From Callorhinchus milii (taxonomy: Eukaryota): DNA of 64,000 nt. This document shows positions 63,844 to 64,000 of the stretch, piece by piece. The stretch covers positions 3,782,001 through 3,846,000 of the forward strand of contig NW_024704767.1 of assembly GCF_018977255.1 (NCBI RefSeq), given 5' to 3'. The notes beneath the pieces were generated by a model. That model did not search any database. It worked only from the letters and a program-made list of their open reading frames with translations, and was not told the DNA's origin. Positions within the stretch are counted from its first letter, which is position 1, and each line of letters begins with the position of its first letter. The translations under genes were made by a program, and so were the position numbers.

Positions 63844-64000
63844 CTGTTACAGATGTTAATGGCTGCCTCTTTGACTTCATTCTTAGCGTCAGGAGATTTC
63901 CTCCACTAGTAGACCATGATATCAAGAGCATCACGTGTTGAACACTTTGTTACAAAGTCAAACTGGCAACCTGACAGCAATTGAAATCATGAATTGCCTT

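Noticed and set aside
1-64000. Short ORFs in the six-frame track as host genes
   Set aside because: All are 60-149 aa with no recognisable domain. The only ones I could assign are transposon fragments (L2 at 42800, RT at 50656, CR1 at 45970, DIRS at 695/1500) or SINE read-through.
1-64000. Prokaryotic defence system, operon or CRISPR array
   Set aside because: No gene-dense architecture and no regularly spaced repeat-spacer array. The recurring ~40-bp hairpin is a dispersed SINE/L2 tail.

Overview
This is eukaryotic, AT-rich, CpG-depleted non-coding vertebrate DNA, probably an intron or gene desert. No ORF in the six-frame track is a credible host gene, and I see no prokaryotic system, CRISPR array, rRNA or intact tRNA. 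The repeat complement points to a cartilaginous fish, probably elephant shark or another holocephalan (inference from recalled consensus sequences, not a database search). It comprises many Deu-domain SINEs with L2-type tails, L2 and CR1 3' ends, an LF-SINE-like fragment and Penelope/RTE-like scraps. Highlights: (1) a decayed DIRS-like tyrosine-recombinase retrotransposon at ~640-2730 with a ~157-bp internal duplication; (2) a hAT-Charlie-type MITE with an 8-bp TSD nested in a CR1; (3) a near full-length young SINE (48286-48609, minus) with a tRNA-Ala-like head joined to only the 3' part of the older Deu-SINE, sharing a 3' stem-loop with its putative partner L2 (42719-43095); (4) an old 279-bp-period tandem duplication (59209-59717), indel-free over 184 bp, whose conserved blocks are TF-like motifs, inside a CpG-retaining, repeat-free, CNE-like region; (5) a few well-formed minus-strand exon candidates of unknown identity. 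All family names come from pattern recognition and need RepeatMasker/Dfam confirmation. Coordinates of degraded repeats are approximate.
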